A model generated the notes under the pieces. It had not been told where the DNA came from. It did not search any database and was given only the letters and a program-made list of their open reading frames with translations. Both the position numbers and the translations under genes were made by a program. Shown here one piece after another: positions 58,767 through 64,000 of a stretch of DNA of 64,000 nt (position 1 is the first letter of the stretch; every line of letters starts with the position of its first letter). The stretch comes from Elusimicrobiota bacterium (lineage in GTDB: Bacteria; Elusimicrobiota; Elusimicrobia; UBA1565; UBA9628): the NCBI GenBank assembly GCA_030696455.1, contig JAUYSH010000026.1, positions 8,764 through 72,763 of the forward strand, in the 5' to 3' direction.

Positions 58767-61135
58767 CCGTGCGTCCGTTCGACGTCGTCATCCTCTCCAG
58801 CGTCGAATGGGGCGCGACCCGCCAGCGCCACCACTCCTTCGCCGAGCAGTGGGCCCGCGCCGGTCACCGCGTCTTCTTCGTCGAGAACACGGGGTTTCGC
58901 GAACCTGGTTTGCGCGACCTCGGCCGCGTGACTGAGCGCCTCAGCCGCGCGTGGCGGGGACGCCACGCCAAGCACGCGCGCGTTCCCAAGGGGATCACCG
59001 TCGTCAGCCCCCTCGTCCTGCCGCCCACACGGCGGCTGTTTCGCGAGGCCAACGCCGCCTTGCTGGCCCCGCGCCTGGCCGACATCCTGAACGACCGGGG
59101 ACTGCGCCGCGGTCCCGTCGTCTTCGCCTATCTCCCGACGGCGACGACCTTGGCGCTCCTGGACCGCTTAGCACCCTCGCTCACGGTCTACGACTGCGTC
59201 GACAACTTCTACGGCCTGCCCTCGCCGCCGCCGAACCTCGCCGAAACCGAGGCGGCGCTGCTGGCGCGCTCGGGGCTGGTGCTGACGACTTCGCGTACGT
59301 TGTACGAGGACAAGAAGCCGCTTCACCACAACGTCGTCGAGCTGCACCACGGCGTGAGCCGTGCGTTCTTCCTCCCTCCGCCGCCGGACCGCCCGCGCCG
59401 CCGCCTGTGCTATTTCGGCACGGTGTGGCGCGCGCTCGACTACGCGCCGATCCGCGCTTTGGCCGAGGCCGGTTTCGAGATCGAGATGATCGGCCCGGTC
59501 AAGGAAGCGCCGCCCCCGCTTCCTCCCTCCGTGACCTTCCGGGGTATTTTTCCCCACGAGGAGCTGCCGGCGATGCTGGCCGACTGCGACGCCTTGCTCC
59601 TCCCGTACGTCGACGACGAGTACAACCGCGGCGTGATCCCGGCCAAGATCTTCGAATGCCTGGCGACCGGCCGCCCGGTGCTGGCAAGCCCGCTGCCCGC
59701 GCTCGCGGGGCTCGCCGGCGCCCTAACGATCTGCCAGACCCCCCGCGACTGGGTCGCCGCGGCCCTCGCCCTCGAAATGGACGCGGGCAGAAGCGAGCGC
59801 GTTGAGACGGCGCGCGCGCACGCCGAGGAACTCGTCTTCGCCCGCCTGGTCGCCCTCATCGACGCCGCGCGCGCGAGCGCGCCCGCTCCGCGCGCCTCCC
59901 CGGAGCCGTCCCGTCACCGGGCGTTGCTCTCGGGCCTGGGTTGGATCGGGGTCCTGTACGGAACGGCGCGCGTCTCGACCTTTCTCGCCCAATTGTTGGC
60001 CGGACGCCTGCTCGGCCCCGTCGAGTACGGCCGCGCTAATCTCGTGATCGCCGCGGCGGCCTACCTGCAGATCATCCCGATGTTGGGCTTTCCCCTGGCG
60101 ACGAGCAAGCTCATCGCCGAGGAGGGCGACGAGAGCCGGCGCGCGCGCCTGGTCAGCACCGCGCTCGCCTCGTTCCTCGCCTGGGCCGTGCTGAGCCTGC
60201 CGTTGATGGCTGCGGCGCACCAGTGGCTCGAGCGCGCGATGCGCCTGCCCGCCGAGCTGTTCGCCCTGTCCGCTCTCCTGGCGACGGCCACCGCCTTGAG
60301 CCAGGTCCTGTCGAGCCCGTTGCTCGGCCTGAAGCGCTTCGCGCACCGCGGGCTCGTGGAAAGCGTGTACGGCATCGCCGCGCCCGTCCTCCTGGCCTTG
60401 CTCGTCGTTTTCTTCGGCGCCGATCACCGCGCGATGATCATCGCCTTCATCGGCAGCCTGCTCGCCAGCTCCGCCTACGCGCTTTGGGTCTTGCGGCACT
60501 ACCTGCGCCCCGCCTTCGACTGGAACTTCGTGAAATCCGTCGGCCGCTACGCCGCGACGGCCGCGCCGACCTTGCTCGCGACGGCCTGCGTGCTGGCGCC
60601 GGCGCGCCTCTTCCTGAATCAGCACGGCAGCGCGCATGAGGTCGGCCTTTTCAGCGCCTACTTCACGGCGACCGTGCAGGTCGCGCTGGCCCTTCTCTAC
60701 ATGCTGCAGGCGGTGCTGGTGCCGATGGCAAGCGGGGCCGAGGGACAGCGCGACCTCTGGGCGCTGTTTCGCCGCTTCGGCGCGCCCGCGACGGCCGCGG
60801 CCTGGGTGTTTTTCGCCGCGACCGCGGTCGGCGGCCTCGCGCTGTTTGGCCGCCGCTACAATCTCGATCTGCGCTGGACGGCGGCGTTCGCCGGAGCGGC
60901 GGCGCTCATTCTCCTGCACGGGGCGATCTCCGCCCTGTACGCGGCGCGCGATTTCTCCGGTCTGAGGCTGTCGGTGGCCGGGGCCCTCGCGGCCGGCCTT
61001 GCCAACCTGGCCCTGACCTCCTGGCTCGTGCCTCCGTACGGCGTCCTCGGCGCGGCGCTGGCGCTCATGCTTTCCTTCACCGGCGGCCTCGCCTTTTACG
61101 GACTCGCCGGCCTCTGGGAGAGAGGGCGCGCGTGA
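58763..61135 (+). CDS. Fusion: GT-B glycosyltransferase (GT4/TuaH-like) + Wzx/MOP-family polysaccharide flippase domain
   Basis: N-terminal ~370 aa: FDVVILSSVEWGATRQRHHSFAEQWARAGHRVFFVE, YFGTV...PHEELPAMLADCDALLLPY, IPAKIFECLATGRPVLAS. Pro/Ala linker around 59860-59920. The C-terminal ~400 aa are polytopic and begin ARVSTFLAQLLAGRLLGPVEYGRANL (Polysacc_synt-type). No stop between the domains. Confidence 0.72.
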   Translation: MTVRPFDVVILSSVEWGATRQRHHSFAEQWARAGHRVFFVENTGFREPGLRDLGRVTERLSRAWRGRHAKHARVPKGITVVSPLVLPPTRRLFREANAALLAPRLADILNDRGLRRGPVVFAYLPTATTLALLDRLAPSLTVYDCVDNFYGLPSPPPNLAETEAALLARSGLVLTTSRTLYEDKKPLHHNVVELHHGVSRAFFLPPPPDRPRRRLCYFGTVWRALDYAPIRALAEAGFEIEMIGPVKEAPPPLPPSVTFRGIFPHEELPAMLADCDALLLPYVDDEYNRGVIPAKIFECLATGRPVLASPLPALAGLAGALTICQTPRDWVAAALALEMDAGRSERVETARAHAEELVFARLVALIDAARASAPAPRASPEPSRHRALLSGLGWIGVLYGTARVSTFLAQLLAGRLLGPVEYGRANLVIAAAAYLQIIPMLGFPLATSKLIAEEGDESRRARLVSTALASFLAWAVLSLPLMAAAHQWLERAMRLPAELFALSALLATATALSQVLSSPLLGLKRFAHRGLVESVYGIAAPVLLALLVVFFGADHRAMIIAFIGSLLASSAYALWVLRHYLRPAFDWNFVKSVGRYAATAAPTLLATACVLAPARLFLNQHGSAHEVGLFSAYFTATVQVALALLYMLQAVLVPMASGAEGQRDLWALFRRFGAPATAAAWVFFAATAVGGLALFGRRYNLDLRWTAAFAGAAALILLHGAISALYAARDFSGLRLSVAGALAAGLANLALTSWLVPPYGVLGAALALMLSFTGGLAFYGLAGLWERGRA

Positions 61136-62619
61136 GGCGCCGCTTCGCGTTGACGACGCTGAGCCTGATCTCCGCCGCGGCGGCCCTGGCCGCCACGGCC
61201 TGGCACATCGCGCGCAACGCCGCGCCCCCGACCTTCGACGACGCCTGGTATCTGGAGACGAGCTTCCGGCTTTTCTCCGCGCTGAAGGCCGGGTCAGGCG
61301 CGTTCGTTCAAGCCTACGTCGAGGCCTTCCGCATCAAGGCGCCGCTCATCAGCCTCGTCCCCCTGCCGCTGTACGCGCTGTTCGGCATGGGCGAGCGCGT
61401 CGCGGTCTGGGCGAACCTCCCGCTCGCCGCGCTCGCGGCGTGGTCCTGGTCGCGCGCCGCGGCTCTCTGGTGGCGCGACCATCCCCGCGGCAAGGACGCG
61501 GCCGCGCTCGGCGGAGCCCTCGTCGCGCTGACTCCTCTCGCCTACGGCCTGTCCCGCTTCTTCTTCGTCGAGACGCTGTTGTCCGCGCTGCTCGGCCTCT
61601 GGGCCTGGCGCTGCGCGGCCGCCCGCCCCGGCGACCGCCGTGAGGGAATTCGGCTCGGTCTGATTCTAGGCCTGGGACTTCTCGCGAAATCGACCTTTCC
61701 TCTATTGGCCGCCGGTTTCGCGTGGCCCGCGCGCGAACGCCTGCGGCCGCAGGCCAAGCGCGTCATGTTCGTCGGCGGTCTCCTCGCGGCGACCTGGTAC
61801 GCGGCCAATCTGCCTTATGTTCTCGGCTTCGCCTGGAGCGCGGGCTTCGGCTCCGTCGCCCGGGACTACGCCGGCGCGGGGGGCCTGGCGGCGCGCTTGG
61901 ACTGGCTGACGACGATCCTGCGCGACGGCCTGTCCTGGCCGCTCGCTTCGGCCATGGCCGCGACCGGCGCGGCGGCGGCTATTTCCGGGAAGAAATCCGA
62001 CGCCGGAACCCGCGCGGCGCTCTGGGGCCTGGCCCCGCTGCTCGTCTACGCCGCCGGCGTCAACCGCGAACCGCGCCTGATCGCGCCCCTTCTTCCAGTC
62101 GTCGCGCTGCTGGCGGCGCGCGCCTCGGTCTCCTTCGAACGGACCGGGCTCCGCGCGGCCGCGGCCGCCGCGCTGCTCGGAGCCGGCCTCGCCGTCTGCG
62201 CGGAACGAACGTTCCATTCCGCCGCCCCGAGCGCCGACCCCGGCTGGAGCCGCGTCGGGCTGGTGGACGCCGTCGCCGCCTCGAATGGACGGGTCGCGGC
62301 GGTCGCTCTCGAATCGCCCCGACTCAACGCCAACAACCTCTCCTCGCTCGCCGCCGCGCGCGGCCTCGGCCTGAAGTTCGTCAGCCTCGGCTACGCGCAA
62401 ACCTCCGCGGAGACCGCCCTCATCCGTCTCAAGGACAAGTCCTGCGACACGCTCATCTTCGTGGAAGGGGCGCCGGAGCCGGATTCACCCGCCTTCCTGA
62501 ACCGGGCCAACGCGGGAGTGCTCGCGATGACCGTTTCCGGTCGCCTCAAGACGAGCCCCGCGGCGCGGGTGACGCTCGCTCCGGGCGTCACGGCGACCGT
62601 GCTCCGGCTCATCTGGTAG
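61132..62619 (+). CDS. ArnT/PMT-like GT-C fold glycosyltransferase (polyprenyl-phosphate-sugar dependent)
   Basis: First-loop acidic motif PTFDDAWYLETSF, multiple TM helices, LGLLAKSTFPLL, C-terminal soluble domain. GTGA overlap at 61132. Confidence 0.68.
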   Translation: MRRRFALTTLSLISAAAALAATAWHIARNAAPPTFDDAWYLETSFRLFSALKAGSGAFVQAYVEAFRIKAPLISLVPLPLYALFGMGERVAVWANLPLAALAAWSWSRAAALWWRDHPRGKDAAALGGALVALTPLAYGLSRFFFVETLLSALLGLWAWRCAAARPGDRREGIRLGLILGLGLLAKSTFPLLAAGFAWPARERLRPQAKRVMFVGGLLAATWYAANLPYVLGFAWSAGFGSVARDYAGAGGLAARLDWLTTILRDGLSWPLASAMAATGAAAAISGKKSDAGTRAALWGLAPLLVYAAGVNREPRLIAPLLPVVALLAARASVSFERTGLRAAAAAALLGAGLAVCAERTFHSAAPSADPGWSRVGLVDAVAASNGRVAAVALESPRLNANNLSSLAAARGLGLKFVSLGYAQTSAETALIRLKDKSCDTLIFVEGAPEPDSPAFLNRANAGVLAMTVSGRLKTSPAARVTLAPGVTATVLRLIW

Positions 62620-62622
62620 ACT
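62614..62622 (+). promoter_or_regulatory. Extended -10 box TGGTAGACT, 7 nt upstream of ATG 62630
   Basis: Overlaps the TAG stop of the upstream gene, at leaderless spacing. Confidence 0.4.
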
Positions 62623-62629
62623 CTCCTCG

Positions 62630-63835
62630 ATGCGCTCCTTGACGCCCGTTTCCGCCGCGCTGCTGCTCGTCGCCGCCGTTCTCCCCGTGTCCATCGCGGC
62701 GACGAACATGGCGCTGGCTCTCTTGACGGTGGTCATGCTCGCCCGCGTCGGGAACGGAGGCGCCGCTCGGGCGCTCGTCCTTTGGCGGGGGACGCCGGCG
62801 GTCTGGGGCATCCTTCTCTACTGCCTCACGGGGCTCGCCGCGACCTGGTTCGGCGTCGACCCCGCGCACAGCCTGCGAGACAACGTGAAGGATTTCCACA
62901 AGCTGTGGGCTTTGCTCCTGTTCGTCGCCGCCTTCGCGGAGGACGAGGTCCCGGACGCCTGGACGGCGCTGGCCGCCGGCTTCGCGCTCATCGCGCTCGT
63001 CGGGCTGGGCCAGACCGCGCTCTCGCTGGCGCGCCACCAGCCGGGCTTTCCCCTTCCTCGTCCCCACGCCTTCATCCATCCTGTCGCGTATGGCGAGCAG
63101 CTGACCCTATGCCTCCTCGGAGGGATCTGCGCGTTCCTACGCCCCGGCGGCCCTCTGCGCACGCCCGCGGCCCGGCGCCTCGGCGCGGCGCTCATGGCCC
63201 TGACGGCGGGGCTCCTCGTTTTCAACCAGACCAGGAGCTCGGTCTTCGCCCTGACGGCCGGCTGCGCGGTGATCGGCGTCCTCGAGCCCTCTTCGCGCCG
63301 CCGCGGAGCCTGGATGGCCGCGGTCCTCCTGGCGATCGCCGTCGCCTGGGAGCTGCTCCCGACCGGAGGCCGGCGCTCCTTATTCCGGCTGATGTTGGAC
63401 TTCAACCCGCGCGATTCCCAGAACGCGCGCTACGTCCTCTGGTCCGTCGCCTGGCGGATGTTCCGCGACCATCCGCTGACCGGTGCGGGGCCGGCCAACT
63501 ATTCGACCCTGTTCACGACCTATTTCCAAGGAGCGCTCGACAACGAAAGAGTGTGGGGCTCGGCGCACAATCTCTACCTCCATCAGCTCGCCGAACGCGG
63601 CCTGATCGGCGCGGCGGGGCTGGCGGCCGCTCTCGGCACACTGGCCGCCGGCGCCTGGCGCGCCGCGCGCCGCGAGACCAGCGCCCGCTCGCTTTGGGCC
63701 GTCTCGGCCGTCGCCGCGTTCCTCGTCATGAATCTCACCGAAACCGCGTTCCAGAACGAGCAGGTGACGACGCTCCTGCTGTTTCTCTGGGCCTGGGGCA
63801 CCTCGCCCCAGAGACCGCGCGAACAAATCCTATAA
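62630..63835 (+). CDS. O-antigen ligase / polymerase (Wzy_C) family membrane protein
   Basis: FNQTRSSVFALTAG, RYVLWSVAWRMFRDHPLTGAGPANY, SAHNLYLHQLAERGLIGAAGL. Polytopic. Confidence 0.8.
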   Translation: MRSLTPVSAALLLVAAVLPVSIAATNMALALLTVVMLARVGNGGAARALVLWRGTPAVWGILLYCLTGLAATWFGVDPAHSLRDNVKDFHKLWALLLFVAAFAEDEVPDAWTALAAGFALIALVGLGQTALSLARHQPGFPLPRPHAFIHPVAYGEQLTLCLLGGICAFLRPGGPLRTPAARRLGAALMALTAGLLVFNQTRSSVFALTAGCAVIGVLEPSSRRRGAWMAAVLLAIAVAWELLPTGGRRSLFRLMLDFNPRDSQNARYVLWSVAWRMFRDHPLTGAGPANYSTLFTTYFQGALDNERVWGSAHNLYLHQLAERGLIGAAGLAAALGTLAAGAWRAARRETSARSLWAVSAVAAFLVMNLTETAFQNEQVTTLLLFLWAWGTSPQRPREQIL

Positions 63836-63836
63836 T
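63831..63836 (+). promoter_or_regulatory. Consensus TATAAT box overlapping stop/start codons, 7 nt upstream of GTG 63844
   Basis: ccTATAATgaccaccGTG. If used as a promoter, the downstream GT2 would start leaderless at GTG 63844 rather than at ATG 63835. Confidence 0.3.
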
Positions 63837-64000
63837 GACCACCGTGTCCCGCACGCTCTCGATCCTGATCCCGGTCTATAACGAAAAAACCACGGTGCTG
63901 GAGCTCTTGCGCCGCGTCGAGGCCGTGCCACTTCCCGTCGCCAAGCAGATCGTCATCGTGGATGACGGCTCGACGGACGGCACGCGCGACATCTTGAAGG
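63835..64000 (+). CDS. Family 2 glycosyltransferase (5' fragment, runs off the window)
   Basis: MTTVSRTLSILIPVYNEKTTVLELL...IVIVDDGSTDGT. Truncated by the window end. Confidence 0.75.
   Translation, partial: MTTVSRTLSILIPVYNEKTTVLELLRRVEAVPLPVAKQIVIVDDGSTDGTRDILK

Noticed and set aside
1-64000. Mobile elements, CRISPR arrays, tRNA/rRNA genes, prophage or defence systems
   Set aside because: I noticed none of the following: a transposase, integrase or recombinase-like ORF; regularly spaced direct repeats; a cloverleaf-like or rRNA-like segment; nuclease, ATPase or toxin-antitoxin style gene pairs. All intergenic gaps are 88 nt or shorter.

Overview
Very GC-rich bacterial DNA, with third codon positions almost uniformly G/C, and essentially wall-to-wall coding. 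The whole 64 kb reads as one giant surface-glycan locus of the O-antigen, capsule or protein-glycosylation type. I call about 52 protein genes. All are on the + strand except two oxidoreductase genes at 42.35-44.3 kb.

Main gene content:
1. A CDP-glucose based branched (C-methyl) 6-deoxyhexose pathway, split into two blocks at 1.7-4.8 kb and 37.2-39.7 kb.
2. Pseudaminic-acid genes: pseB, a pseG-pseH fusion and pseI at 9.4-12.9 kb, with pseC displaced to 28.2 kb.
3. A complete legionaminic-acid type seven-gene cassette at 26.5-34.4 kb.
4. Two divergent copies of the WbuX/HisH/HisF glutamine amidotransferase triad (acetamidino formation), in mirrored gene order.
5. A third, non-canonical ulosonic-acid-like module at 45.3-51.6 kb: KpsF, an HpcH-type pyruvate aldolase, a KdsB-like cytidylyltransferase, Gfo/Idh/MocA, SDR, a DHQ-synthase-like protein and a 2-hydroxyacid dehydrogenase. 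I consider this the most novel part.
6. Many tailoring enzymes: a B12-radical SAM protein, at least 5 methyltransferases, 2 formyltransferase-fold proteins, GNATs, 2 NodB deacetylases and a FemAB-like protein.
7. Three large orphan proteins that may be ulosonic-acid transferases.
8. Unusual fusions: cytidylyltransferase + class III aminotransferase, and glycosyltransferase + Wzx flippase.
9. An MsbA/PglK-like ABC exporter, an ArnT-like GT-C enzyme, and two Wzy_C/O-antigen-ligase family proteins bracketing the locus.

Genes are chained by about 25 four-nt ATGA/GTGA overlaps. A recurrent TAnnnT / TGnTAnnnT box sits 5-7 nt (or exactly 13 nt) upstream of many start codons, which suggests internal leaderless promoters.

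I found no rRNA, tRNA, CRISPR array, transposase, integrase or long DNA repeat. Most long ORFs in the six-frame track are antisense or out-of-frame shadows typical of high-GC DNA. All family assignments come from reading motifs by eye; no database search was run.
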